Source: Acidobacteriota bacterium (lineage in GTDB: Bacteria > Acidobacteriota > UBA6911 > RPQK01 > JAJDTT01). Taken from it: 64,000 nt of DNA. The position numbers and the translations under genes are program-made. Shown piece by piece: positions 40,781 through 50,549 of this stretch. Location of the stretch: contig OZ242374.1 in the NCBI GenBank assembly GCA_965209055.1, positions 5,056,001 through 5,120,000 on the forward strand, given 5' to 3'. Positions within the stretch are counted from its first letter, which is position 1; every line of letters starts with the position of its first letter. Under the pieces are notes generated by a model that did no database searches, was not told where the DNA came from, and saw nothing but the letters and a program-made list of their open reading frames with translations.

Positions 40781-41686
40781 ATGTTCAACAGCCCCCTTCT
40801 CGTTCTTGTCTGCAGCCTTCTGGCGCTGGCTCTCGCGTTGCTGATACTGGCGATCGGAAGGCGCCGGTGGGCACGGACCGTTTCCGCTGGCGTCGCCTCG
40901 AGTCCTTCCGAGCCGGCGCCGCAGGAGTCCTCCCTTCCCCTCATCGAGTTGAACGACGTCTACAAATCCTTTGGCTCACAGAAAGTCCTGAACCGGGTGA
41001 GCTTGAAGATCCAACGCGCCGAAACCCTGGGGATCCTGGGGATGAGCGGGGGCGGCAAAAGCGTCATGCTCCAGCTCATCGTCGGGTTGCTCTGGCCGGA
41101 CCAGGGCGAAATTCGTTTCAAGGGCCGCAGTCTGGAAGAGATGAGTGAAAGTGACCTGCTGGACGTTCGCAGACGGGTCTCCTACGTCTTCCAAAGCGGC
41201 GCCGTCTTCGATTTTCTCAGCGTGGGCGAGAACATCGCCTATCCCTTGCGGGAACGGGGCATGGCGGACGAGGAGCAGATCGACAGGCGGGTCGAAGAGT
41301 TGTTGGATGCCGTGGAGCTGGAAGGGATGGGAGACCAGGAGTACGACGAGTTGAGCTTGGGCTCCAAGAAGCAGGTGGCGATCGCTCGCGCCATCGCCAC
41401 CAATCCTGAGGCGATCCTTTACGACGAGCCCACCTCGGGTGTGGACCCCATGATCGGCAAGACGCTGTCCCGCCTGATCCGCAAGCTGCACCGCCAGAAC
41501 AACCTCACCTCGGTCGTGGTCACCCACGACCTGCAGTGTCTGGCCACCGTGTCCGACCGGATCATTCTGCTCAAAGACGGCCGTATCCATTTCGAAGGAG
41601 ATCTGGAGGCGCTTTACTCCTCATCCGACCCCTTCGTCCAGGCGTTCATCACGGGCCGGCATCCGGACGGGAGGATTGAGACCTGA
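40781..41686 (+). CDS. MlaF/Mkl-like ABC ATPase with N-terminal membrane anchor
   Basis: GMSGGGKS, FQSGA.FD, ILYDEPT.G.DP, VVTHD. Confidence 0.85.
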   Translation: MFNSPLLVLVCSLLALALALLILAIGRRRWARTVSAGVASSPSEPAPQESSLPLIELNDVYKSFGSQKVLNRVSLKIQRAETLGILGMSGGGKSVMLQLIVGLLWPDQGEIRFKGRSLEEMSESDLLDVRRRVSYVFQSGAVFDFLSVGENIAYPLRERGMADEEQIDRRVEELLDAVELEGMGDQEYDELSLGSKKQVAIARAIATNPEAILYDEPTSGVDPMIGKTLSRLIRKLHRQNNLTSVVVTHDLQCLATVSDRIILLKDGRIHFEGDLEALYSSSDPFVQAFITGRHPDGRIET

Positions 41687-41687
41687 G

Positions 41688-42464
41688 TCACTTGGCGTCG
41701 GCCCGGAGAACCGGACGAACCGGGACTCCGCGTTCCGCCAGGAACTCCTTCACGGCGGCGATGGAGTACTGGTCGTAATGGAAGATGCTGGCCGCGAGGA
41801 TGGCGTCGGCCCGGCCGATCCGGACCCCGTCCAAGAGATGTTGCGGAGACCCGGCTCCGCCCGAGGCGATGACCGGAATCCGCACCAGTGAATCGACCTT
41901 CTGCAACAACTCCAGGTCGTATCCGGACTGGGTGCCGTCACGATCCATGGAGGTGAGGAGAATCTCGCCGGCTCCCAGCTCGGCGCCTCGCCGGATCCAT
42001 TCCAGGCCGTCCCAATCGGTCTCGTAGCGTCCGCCCCCGATGTAGACCTTCCACGACTTTCCGTGCCGTTTCACGTCCACCGCCAGCACGATGCATTGGG
42101 CGCCGAAGGCCCGGGAGGATTCCCGGATCAGTTCCGGCCGCTTGACCGCCGCGCTGTTCATGGACACCTTGTCGGCCCCCGCCCGGAGCAGTTCCCGGAT
42201 TCGCGCCAGCGAGGTGATTCCTCCTCCGACGGTAAAGGGTATGAAGATGGAGTCGGCGACTCTTCGGACCCAGTGCAGGGTCGTCTTCCGCTCCTCGACG
42301 GTTGCGGTGATGTCCAGGAACACCAACTCGTCCGCTCCCTCCCGGTAATACCGCCGGCCCAGCTCCACCGGGTCCCCGGCATCCCTCAGGTCCACGAAAT
42401 GGATGCCTTTGACCACGCGCCCGCCGGCGACGTCGAGGCACGGAATGATGCGCTTAGCCAACAC
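41688..42464 (-). CDS. hisF: Imidazole glycerol phosphate synthase cyclase subunit
   Basis: [31 protein letters not shown]. Confidence 0.96.
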   Translation of the reverse strand: MLAKRIIPCLDVAGGRVVKGIHFVDLRDAGDPVELGRRYYREGADELVFLDITATVEERKTTLHWVRRVADSIFIPFTVGGGITSLARIRELLRAGADKVSMNSAAVKRPELIRESSRAFGAQCIVLAVDVKRHGKSWKVYIGGGRYETDWDGLEWIRRGAELGAGEILLTSMDRDGTQSGYDLELLQKVDSLVRIPVIASGGAGSPQHLLDGVRIGRADAILAASIFHYDQYSIAAVKEFLAERGVPVRPVLRADAK

Positions 42465-43173
42465 GAGCCATCTCCTCCAATGAGATCTTCCCCTCGTAGA
42501 ACGCCCGGCCGATAATGGCTCCCCCCACACCCATTCCGTCGAGCCTGGAAAGGTGCCCGGGTGTCGTGACGCCGCCGGCAGCCACCAGCAACACGTGAGC
42601 AGGCAACAATCCCAAGATTGTCCGGCAGGCTGCGTACCCGGGGCGTTTGAGCATTCCGTCCTGTTCCACGTCGGTGCAGATGATCTGCTCGATACCCCAG
42701 TCCAGAATTCTCCGGAGCACGGCCTCCAACGCCAGGCTGCTCTCCCGCTCCCAACCCTGCGCCTGGAGGCGGCCGCGGCGCAGGTCGACACTCACGATGA
42801 AGGGAGAGGGTCCCCATTTGGAGATCCATCCCTCCACCCTTTCCGGGGTCTCCAGGACCGACGTGCCGAGGATCAGATGGCCGGCGCCCCAGTCCAGGAG
42901 CTGGGAGACATCCGCTTCCTCACGAATGCCGCCGCCGATCTGGACGGTGGCCCGCACTCGGGAGAGAATCCTGCGGATCGAATTCCGGTTGCGGCCTTCC
43001 CCAAAGCGGGCGCCTTCCAGGTCCACCACGTGAATCCGCGTCAGACCCGCCTCCTGGAACTCCAGGGCCTGCTCCACCGGGTCCCCCGAGTAGACCTTCT
43101 TGCGATGGAATTCGCCTCGAACCAGGCGCACGCATTTTCCATCCACCAGATCGATGGCCGGGATTACGAGCAT
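42454..43173 (-). CDS. hisA: ProFAR isomerase
   Basis: [29 protein letters not shown]. Confidence 0.95.
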   Translation of the reverse strand: MLVIPAIDLVDGKCVRLVRGEFHRKKVYSGDPVEQALEFQEAGLTRIHVVDLEGARFGEGRNRNSIRRILSRVRATVQIGGGIREEADVSQLLDWGAGHLILGTSVLETPERVEGWISKWGPSPFIVSVDLRRGRLQAQGWERESSLALEAVLRRILDWGIEQIICTDVEQDGMLKRPGYAACRTILGLLPAHVLLVAAGGVTTPGHLSRLDGMGVGGAIIGRAFYEGKISLEEMARVG

Positions 43174-43787
43174 GGCTCGCCCACCGCGACGAAGTTCTTG
43201 AGCACCCGGAGCCCCGGCTCGCCTGACCGCTCCGGATGAAACTGGACGCCCCAGAAATTCTTCCGGGAAACCATGGAGGCGAAGGAACCGGAATAGTCGG
43301 TGACCGCCACCGTCTCGGCCGAACCGGAAGGAGCGTAGTAACTGTGCACGAAATAGAAGTAGGAACCATCGGGGATGCCGTCGAGCAACCTGCCTGCGCC
43401 TGCCTCGGCCGGCGACGAGCCGCTGCGCCGGATCTGGTTCCATCCGATATGAGGCACCTTGACCCTGGAATCGTCGAAGCTCCGCACGCGGCCGCCCATG
43501 ACCCCCAGGCAGGGGGTGTCCTCCTCGTCGGAGACGTCGAACAGGATCTGCAGACCCAGGCAGATCCCCAGGAACGGAACCCGGAGCCGTTGAATGACCG
43601 GGACCAGTCCCTGCTCCCGCAAGGAATCCATGGCGGCCCGGGCCGAGCCCACTCCGGGAAGGATCACCTTGGAAGCCCTTGCGACCCGTTCGGGATTCCC
43701 GGAAAAGACGAAGTCCACACCCAGATAGGCCAAGGCGTTGCCCACGTTGTAGAGATTTCCAGCCTCGTAATCCACGACGACGATCAT
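43164..43787 (-). CDS. hisH: Imidazole glycerol phosphate synthase glutaminase subunit
   Basis: LPGVG, GICLG, PHIGWN, YFVHSY, QFHPE. Confidence 0.96.
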   Translation of the reverse strand: MIVVVDYEAGNLYNVGNALAYLGVDFVFSGNPERVARASKVILPGVGSARAAMDSLREQGLVPVIQRLRVPFLGICLGLQILFDVSDEEDTPCLGVMGGRVRSFDDSRVKVPHIGWNQIRRSGSSPAEAGAGRLLDGIPDGSYFYFVHSYYAPSGSAETVAVTDYSGSFASMVSRKNFWGVQFHPERSGEPGLRVLKNFVAVGEPCS

Positions 43788-44377
43788 AGGCTCCCCTTGG
43801 TGGAGGGGATCTTCCCTCCGGCGTCGGGATCGAGGCTCACGGCAGTGCGCAGAGCCCGGCCGAATCCCTTGAACATGGCCTCGATACGATGGTGTTCGTT
43901 CTCTCCCGGATTGAGGAACTGGATGTGGAGGTTGGCGCCCACCTCGAAGGCGAGTGACCGGAAGAAATGCGGCGCCATTTCGGTGGCCAGGTCTCCCACT
44001 TTCTCTCTCGCGGGGCGGTAGTCGGTATGGAAAGCGAAGCGGCCTCCCAGATCCAGGGCCACCGCCACCAGGACCTCGTCCATGGGCAGCAACGTCCACC
44101 CGTAGCGGCGGATTCCCCGCTTCTCTCCCAAGGCCTGTTTCAACGCCTGGCCCAGGACGATCCCCACGTCCTCGATCAGGTGATGGTCGTCGACCTGCAG
44201 GTCTCCCTCGCCCCGGACCCGGAGATCCATGGAAGAGTGCAAGGCCAACAGCTCCAGCATGTGACTCAGGAAGCCGGCCTCCAACCGGGCCGAGAAGCGG
44301 CCCTGGCCGTCCAGATTCAGCTCGATCCGAACCTGGGTTTCTCTGGTGTGTCGATCAACCAATGCTGTTCTCTTCAC
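43784..44377 (-). CDS. hisB: Imidazoleglycerol-phosphate dehydratase
   Basis: DDHH..EDVG, PMDE, NEHH.IEA.FK. Confidence 0.95.
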   Translation of the reverse strand: MKRTALVDRHTRETQVRIELNLDGQGRFSARLEAGFLSHMLELLALHSSMDLRVRGEGDLQVDDHHLIEDVGIVLGQALKQALGEKRGIRRYGWTLLPMDEVLVAVALDLGGRFAFHTDYRPAREKVGDLATEMAPHFFRSLAFEVGANLHIQFLNPGENEHHRIEAMFKGFGRALRTAVSLDPDAGGKIPSTKGSL

Positions 44378-44418
44378 CGTTTCTTCTCCGCTGTTGATCC
44401 CTGAGAACGACTGGAGAC

Positions 44419-45462
44419 TCAGGGCAGAATTCGACGCAACTCCCTCAGAAACAGATCGTTTTCCTCCCGAGTGCCGACGCTCACCCGGATGCATTCGGAC
44501 AACCCGGGCAGATCGCTGCGGTCCCGAACCACGATACCGGTCTCCCGGAGCTTCCTGCAGATGGAGCCGGCTCCGGGGCAGTCGAACAGGAGAAAATTGC
44601 TTTGAGACGGAAAGATCCGCCCCAGGCCCGGAATCGCGGCCAGCTCTCGGGCCAACCGCTCCCGCTCCCGGCGGATGCGCCGCCAGGTTTCCCGGTGCCG
44701 CTCCCAACCTTCCAGGGCTTCCAATCCTTTTTGCATCACCAGCGAGCTGAGATTGTAGGGCGCCTTGACCTTGAGGAAAAAAGAGGTCACCAGGGGGCTC
44801 GCCACCGCGTATCCCAGCCTCAGGGCCGCCCTGCCGAACGCTTTCGACAGCGTCCTCATCACCACCAGGTTCGGAAAGACCTCCACCTGGTCGACCAGAG
44901 ACGGAGTTTCGGAGAACTCCACGTAGGCCTCGTCCAGCACGACGATTCCCTTCCATTCCCGGCACAGCTTCAGAATCTGCCCGGTTCCCAGAAGATCGCC
45001 GGTCGGATTGTTGGGGGAACAGAGAAACGCCACCTTCACCGAAGCCGGCACCTCCTTCAGGAAGGCGTCGGCATCGAGACGTTGGGCCCGGTCCAGGCGC
45101 GACTCGACGAGTGAGACTCCGAAGGTCTGCGCCATGACCCGGTACATCCCATAGGTGGGCTCGACGACGGCAACCTGGTCCTCACCGGGCTGGCAGAAGA
45201 TCTTGAAGATCCAGTCCAACACCTCGTCCGATCCGCAACCGGCCACCACCTGCTCGGGACGGGTGCCGGTGTAGGCCGCCAGCGCTTCCCTCAGACGGGT
45301 CTGGTTGGGATCCGGATAGCGGTTCAGTTGGATCCCCCGCCAGTCCACCGGGAAAGGACTCTCGTTGGCGTCCAGCAGAACACCCTCCTGCACTTCGTCG
45401 CGGGCCGACCGGTAGGCCTTGAGTTCCAGGATGTTCCGTCTCACCAGTTCGCGTACCTGCAT
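44419..45462 (-). CDS. hisC: Histidinol-phosphate aminotransferase
   Basis: LDANE, NRYPDP, SPNNPTG, DEAY, RTLSKA. Confidence 0.95.
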   Translation of the reverse strand: MQVRELVRRNILELKAYRSARDEVQEGVLLDANESPFPVDWRGIQLNRYPDPNQTRLREALAAYTGTRPEQVVAGCGSDEVLDWIFKIFCQPGEDQVAVVEPTYGMYRVMAQTFGVSLVESRLDRAQRLDADAFLKEVPASVKVAFLCSPNNPTGDLLGTGQILKLCREWKGIVVLDEAYVEFSETPSLVDQVEVFPNLVVMRTLSKAFGRAALRLGYAVASPLVTSFFLKVKAPYNLSSLVMQKGLEALEGWERHRETWRRIRRERERLARELAAIPGLGRIFPSQSNFLLFDCPGAGSICRKLRETGIVVRDRSDLPGLSECIRVSVGTREENDLFLRELRRILP

Positions 45463-45463
45463 C

Positions 45464-46777
45464 TCAGTCTCCCGCCGGAATCCGCCCGGCTTCACCGCTT
45501 CCGATCCGCACCTCGACCGCCCGCCGATGTCCCTCCAACTGTTCCAGCTCGGCCATCACCTCCAAGGTGGGGGCCAGCGAGCGGAGCCCTTCCCGGCTCA
45601 ATTCCTGGAACGTGATCTTCTTGACGAAACTGTCCAGGGAGACTCCCGAAAAACTCCGGGCCAGACCCGAGGTGGGCAGCGTGTGGTTGGTCCCCGAGGC
45701 GTAGTCCCCCGCCACCTCGGGAGACCAGGGACCCAGGAAGACCGATCCGGCGGCTTGAACCCGTTCAACCCATCGTTTCGGCTCGCGCACCTGAAGGATC
45801 AGGTGCTCCGGCGCATACCGATTGGCGAACTCCAAGGCCTCCTCCAGCGACGAGGTCCGCACTGCGAAACTCGATCCCAGAGCCGCCGCTGCCAGATCCC
45901 GCCGCGGGAGGTCCCCGAGGCGGAGGTCCAATTCCCGTTTGACTCGATCGATGACCTCAAGCGAAGGCGAGGCCAGAATGGCCAGGCTGTCGGCTCCGTG
46001 CTCGGCCTGGGAGATGAGGTCCGCGGCCACGAAGCCGGGTCGAGCCGTATCGTCCGCCACCACCAGGACCTCGCTGGGACCGGCCACCATGTCGATGGCG
46101 ACTCCCCGCTGTTGGGCCAGCAGCTTGGCCGTTTGAACGACGGGACTGCCGGGTCCCAGGATCTTGTCCACCCGGGGCACCGAAGAGGTGCCGAAACAGA
46201 GGGCCGCGATGGCCTGGGCGCCGCCAATCCGGAACACCTCGCGGATCCCGGCAATGGACGCGGCCGCCAGAACCTCGGGAGTCACCGAGCCGTCGCCCCG
46301 CGGGGGCGTGCAGAGGACCACTCGCGGACAACCGGCCAACATTGCGGGGACTCCAAGCATCAGGACGGTGGAAGGGAGGACGGCCGTTCCACCCGGCACA
46401 TAGAGGCCGACCCTTTCGATGGGCCGCTGTTCCCGCCAGCAGGTGATTCCCGGCTCCACCTCCAGGATGCCTTCCCTCAGACCCTGGGCGGCGTGAAACG
46501 CCCGAATGTTGGACGCCGTCCGTCGCAGGGCCTCCAGCCGGACGGGCGACACCTGTCCCAGAGCCGATTCGAACTCCGTCCTCGCGACCCGGGGCTCCCG
46601 GATCTCCGCCCTGTCGAATCGGAGGGTGTACTCCCGGACGGCATCGCCACCCTTCTCTTCGACAGCCGAGAAAATCCGGCTGCAGACCTTGAGAAGGTCC
46701 GGGTCTCCTACGGGGTTGCGGCGGCAAAGATTCGAGATCTGTCTGCCGGACAACCGCGAATAGTCGTAAACGTTCAT
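45464..46777 (-). CDS. hisD: Histidinol dehydrogenase
   Basis: YVPGG, IDM.AGPSE, SQAEH, APEHL, GDYASGTNH.LPT. Confidence 0.96.
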   Translation of the reverse strand: MNVYDYSRLSGRQISNLCRRNPVGDPDLLKVCSRIFSAVEEKGGDAVREYTLRFDRAEIREPRVARTEFESALGQVSPVRLEALRRTASNIRAFHAAQGLREGILEVEPGITCWREQRPIERVGLYVPGGTAVLPSTVLMLGVPAMLAGCPRVVLCTPPRGDGSVTPEVLAAASIAGIREVFRIGGAQAIAALCFGTSSVPRVDKILGPGSPVVQTAKLLAQQRGVAIDMVAGPSEVLVVADDTARPGFVAADLISQAEHGADSLAILASPSLEVIDRVKRELDLRLGDLPRRDLAAAALGSSFAVRTSSLEEALEFANRYAPEHLILQVREPKRWVERVQAAGSVFLGPWSPEVAGDYASGTNHTLPTSGLARSFSGVSLDSFVKKITFQELSREGLRSLAPTLEVMAELEQLEGHRRAVEVRIGSGEAGRIPAGD

Positions 46778-46823
46778 CTCAACGCACCTGCGCTCTGCCG
46801 TCGTTTCCGCTCCCCTCCAAGAG

Positions 46824-46908
46824 AAAGGAGGGGCGATTTCCAATCGCCCAGTCTTCGTCGCCAAGTTTGTCACATTGGAGTTCGGCGATTGGAAATCGCC
46901 GCTCCTTT
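46824..46908. repeat. REP-like doublet (REPIN-like), copy C
   Basis: 25-bp inverted arms AAAGGAGGGGCGATTTCCAATCGCC and GGCGATTGGAAATCGCCGCTCCTTT with one mismatch; each arm is itself a hairpin. Confidence 0.65.
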
Positions 46909-46915
46909 GCTTCTT

Positions 46916-47269
46916 CTACCGGGCGTCCGCCGGACCGGGCCGGTGGGGAATCTCTTTGGACGCCGCTTGCGACGGCTCGATTCCACCCAACCGCCGGATC
47001 ATCAGACGGTAGCCGCCTTCGCCGTATCGAAGCCAATGGGCGATCCGGGTGATGGTCGCCGTGCTGACTCCCGTGAGCCGATGGATCTCGCGGTAGGGGA
47101 TCTCCCGCGCCACCAACCGGGCGACCTGCCAACGTTCGGCCATGGCCGTGAGCTCCCCCATGGTACAGAGATCTCGAAAGAAGAGGGCGTACTCCTCTCT
47201 GCCCTTGAGACGGGACATGGCGTCGAAGAGCTCCCAGAGAGCCTCGTTCTCCTCCAATATGGTTTCCAT
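46916..47269 (-). CDS. TrpR-like YerC/YecD (HisR-type) regulator
   Basis: FFRDLCT..EL.AMA.RW.VA, YREI...TG.STATITR...L.YG.GGY; heads the his operon. Confidence 0.9.
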   Translation of the reverse strand: METILEENEALWELFDAMSRLKGREEYALFFRDLCTMGELTAMAERWQVARLVAREIPYREIHRLTGVSTATITRIAHWLRYGEGGYRLMIRRLGGIEPSQAASKEIPHRPGPADAR

Positions 47270-47297
47270 GTGATAACATGTTAGCACAAAATAACAC
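47270..47297 (-). promoter_or_regulatory. Putative operator and leaderless promoter of the his operon
   Basis: Near-perfect palindrome GTGATAACATGTTAGCAC (47270-47287) abuts the ATG; extended -10 TGCTAACAT lies 8 nt from the ATG. Confidence 0.55.
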
Positions 47298-47524
47298 GGA
47301 AGACCAGCGGGGCGTGCAAGTCGCCTCATGACCGGACACTGGCAGTCCCGAACCGGCGCGCAATTGCCCCTCTTGCGTAGACCAAGAGGTTTTCCACAGC
47401 TTTTCCACAGAAGTCGGTCTTGGATTGTGGAACATCGTCCGGACCTGCGACAAAGGCTGGACCGGCAGTGGGGGAGTGCCAGAAAGTCAGGGACCGGATA
47501 GCGGCCGGACCGCCGGAGGGCGAA

Positions 47525-48577
47525 CTACATGAGGTCCTGCATGACCTGTTGAAGGACCTCCGGACCCGGCTTGACCTTTTCGTGGGGCAGCGACACCAGA
47601 GGTTCGTCACACAGGTTCAGCGTGTCCAGGAACGACTTGGCCACCGGATTGACGTAGATGAGACCGGTCAACAGTTCCGAGTCGGCGGCGGAACTGTGGA
47701 GCAGGCGCACGGCCTCCCGGCGATTCATGGGATCGTAGTCCATGTCCAACTTGCGCAGCCGGATGACGGACCCGTCATGCATCTCCACGTCCTTCGCTTC
47801 ACCCTCCGGGTAATCCACCGGGGCGATGGGCTCGAAGCCGGGGATGAAATCGATCTGGTGCAGCAACTCCTCATGTTCCTTGGCCCAGGAGTAACTCTTG
47901 GTCGATCCGGGATGATTGTTGAAGGTCACACAGGGGCTGATCACGTCGAGCATGGCGGTTCCACTGTGGCTGAGCGCCCCCTTCAAGAGCGCCACCAGTT
48001 GTTTGGGATCTCCGGCGAACGAACGAGCCACGTAGGAGCATCCCATCTCGATCGCCAGCGAACAGCAGTCCATGGCCGGCAACTCGTTGACCACGCCGGT
48101 CTTGAGCGTCGAGCCGTCGTCGGCGGTCGCCGAGAACTGGCCCTTGGTGAGGCCGTAGACGCCATTGTTCTCAATGACGTAGATCATCGGCACGTTGCGA
48201 CGCAGCAGATGGCAGAACTGGCCCAGACCGATGGAGGCCGTGTCACCGTCTCCGCTCACCCCGATGCAGAGCAGACCACGATTCGCCAACATGGTTCCCG
48301 TGGCGACTGAAGGCATGCGTCCGTGGACACTGTTGAAGCCATGCGACGCGTTCATGAAATACGCCGGCGTCTTGCTGGAGCAGCCGATGCCGCTCATCTT
48401 GGCCACGGAGTACGGGTTGACGCCGATCTCGTAGAAGGCCCGGATAATCTGGTTGGTGATGGCGTCGTGGCCACACCCCGAGCACAGCGTCGACGGGTGA
48501 CCCCGGTAGGCGGAGCGGGACAACCCGATACGGTTTGTTTTCTTTGGCTTCCTTGGCGCCCTTGTACGTAATGCCAT
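47525..48577 (-). CDS. korB: 2-oxoacid:ferredoxin oxidoreductase beta subunit
   Basis: C.GCGH, SGIGCS, HGR, GDGD..SIG, YGLTKGQ, PCVTFN. Confidence 0.9.
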   Translation of the reverse strand: MALRTRAPRKPKKTNRIGLSRSAYRGHPSTLCSGCGHDAITNQIIRAFYEIGVNPYSVAKMSGIGCSSKTPAYFMNASHGFNSVHGRMPSVATGTMLANRGLLCIGVSGDGDTASIGLGQFCHLLRRNVPMIYVIENNGVYGLTKGQFSATADDGSTLKTGVVNELPAMDCCSLAIEMGCSYVARSFAGDPKQLVALLKGALSHSGTAMLDVISPCVTFNNHPGSTKSYSWAKEHEELLHQIDFIPGFEPIAPVDYPEGEAKDVEMHDGSVIRLRKLDMDYDPMNRREAVRLLHSSAADSELLTGLIYVNPVAKSFLDTLNLCDEPLVSLPHEKVKPGPEVLQQVMQDLM

Positions 48578-48586
48578 GGTGTTATT

Positions 48587-50440
48587 TCAGGATGGACGCT
48601 CTGCAGCGATCACCTGTTCGGTGACGAAACGGGCATCCAGCGGAAGTCCGGTGTAGTGACAGATTTTGCGAATCTTGGTGCCCGCCTCTCCCAACTCCAG
48701 TTGGATCAGATCGGCCATCTGGCCGTCCCGATTCTGCTCGACGACGTATACCCTCCGGCAAACGGCGACGAAGTCCTTCAACGCGGAACTCAACGGCAGG
48801 GCTCTGAGCCGGAGGTAATTGATCTCGATCCCAAACTCCTCAAGAAGCTGGTCCCGGCACTCCCCCATGGCCGAGTCCGACGACCCGTAGGCGATGATGC
48901 CGATCACCGCCTCTTCTCGCAAGTCGACCACGGGCTGCGGCACCAGCTCCCTCGCCGTATCGTACTTTCGCTTCAGACGGTCCATGAGCTGGACGTAGTC
49001 CTCGGGCCGCTCACTGTAGCCGGCACTGTCGTTGTGGCCGCTCCCGCGGGTGAAATAGGAGGCCAGGGGATGTTCCGTGCCCGGAAGCGTGCGATAGGGG
49101 ATTCCGTCCCCGTCCAAGTCGCGGTAACGGGCAAACTCCCCGGCGCGCTCCAAGTCGGCTGCCGTCAGGACCTTCCCCCTGTCCGGTGGCTCGGTGGGAT
49201 ATTCGAAGGGATCGCACATCCAGTTGTTCATGCCCAGATCCAGATCCGAGCCGACGAAGACCGGCTGCTGCAGCCGCTCCGCCAGGTCGAAAGCCTGCCG
49301 GGCCATTTCGAAACACTCCTCCATGTCCCCGGGCAGCAGGACAGGATGAGCCGTGTCCCCGTGCGAGAGACTGTGCAACGCCAGGATGTCGCCCTGGGCG
49401 GTGCGTGTCGGCAGGCCCGTGCTGGGACCGACCCGCTGAACGTCGAAAATAACGCACGGGATCTCGGCAAAATAGGCCAGTCCCGTAAATTCGCTCATCA
49501 ACGAGATGCCCGGACCCGAGGTCGAAGTCATGGATCTGGCGCCCGACCATCCGGCCCCGATGGCCATACCGAGGGCCGCCAACTCATCCTCGGCCTGGAC
49601 GACTGCAAAGGTGGCTTTCCCCGTCTCGGGGTCGGTTCGATACTGGTGCAGGTAGTTGGTGAGAGCTTCTCCCAGACTGCTGGCCGGGGTGATGGGATAC
49701 CAGGTCACCACGGTGACTCCACCAAACATGGCGCCGAGGGCGCAGGCGGAATTTCCGTCGATGATGATCTTGCCCTGGGTCTTGTCCATCCTTTCCAACC
49801 GGTACGGATCGCGCTTGGGAAGATGATCCCTCACATACTGAGCCCCCATGTGGGCAATCCGGATGTTCAGGTCGATGGCTTTCTGCTTCTTCTTGAACCA
49901 CTTGGCGATTGCCACCTCCACCTGTTCCATCTCGATGCCCAGGAACTCGGCCACGGAACCCACGTAGGCCATGTTGGCCACCAACTTGCGCAGCCTGGGA
50001 ATCCGAACCACTTCCGCCGCCAACTTGCTGAACGGAACGGGATAATAGATCAAGTCATCCCGGATCCCGGAGAGCTTGAGACGCTCTTCGTAGAGCACGA
50101 CCCGGCCCGGGTCCAGCGTTTCCACGTCCTCACGGGCCGTCTGCGCGTTCATCGCAATCAGGATGTCCACTTCCCGCTTGCAGCCGACGTAGCCTCGTTT
50201 GGATGCGCGAATGGTGAACCACGTGGGCAGTCCCGCGATATTGGAGGGGAAAAGGTTCTTGCCGCTGGTGGGGATGCCCATCTGGAAGATGGACCGCATC
50301 AGCACGTTGTTGGAGCTCTGGCTTCCGGAACCGTTCACCGTGGCGACCTGAATACTGAGGTCATTCACCACGCCGGCCTGGACGCCTTCCTGCTGGGGAA
50401 CGAAGGTTTGGGTCTGTGCGATGGCCAAATTGATCTCCAC
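48587..50440 (-). CDS. korA: 2-oxoacid:ferredoxin oxidoreductase alpha subunit
   Basis: YPITP, QAEDELAA, TSGPG.SLM.E, QR.GPSTGLPT. Confidence 0.9.
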   Translation of the reverse strand: MEINLAIAQTQTFVPQQEGVQAGVVNDLSIQVATVNGSGSQSSNNVLMRSIFQMGIPTSGKNLFPSNIAGLPTWFTIRASKRGYVGCKREVDILIAMNAQTAREDVETLDPGRVVLYEERLKLSGIRDDLIYYPVPFSKLAAEVVRIPRLRKLVANMAYVGSVAEFLGIEMEQVEVAIAKWFKKKQKAIDLNIRIAHMGAQYVRDHLPKRDPYRLERMDKTQGKIIIDGNSACALGAMFGGVTVVTWYPITPASSLGEALTNYLHQYRTDPETGKATFAVVQAEDELAALGMAIGAGWSGARSMTSTSGPGISLMSEFTGLAYFAEIPCVIFDVQRVGPSTGLPTRTAQGDILALHSLSHGDTAHPVLLPGDMEECFEMARQAFDLAERLQQPVFVGSDLDLGMNNWMCDPFEYPTEPPDRGKVLTAADLERAGEFARYRDLDGDGIPYRTLPGTEHPLASYFTRGSGHNDSAGYSERPEDYVQLMDRLKRKYDTARELVPQPVVDLREEAVIGIIAYGSSDSAMGECRDQLLEEFGIEINYLRLRALPLSSALKDFVAVCRRVYVVEQNRDGQMADLIQLELGEAGTKIRKICHYTGLPLDARFVTEQVIAAERPS

Positions 50441-50549
50441 CGAAACCGGGGGCAGCCTCTACCCCACAAACGCCCGATCATTTTAGCAAACTACCAAGAC
50501 AAAGCACTCGGAATACGCATTCTTCTTTGTTGTAGACTTTCGGGCCAGG

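Noticed and set aside
47340-47520. Chromosomal replication origin
   Set aside because: Only three boxes, no AT-rich unwinding element and no dnaA, dnaN or gidA nearby; kept only as a DnaA-box cluster
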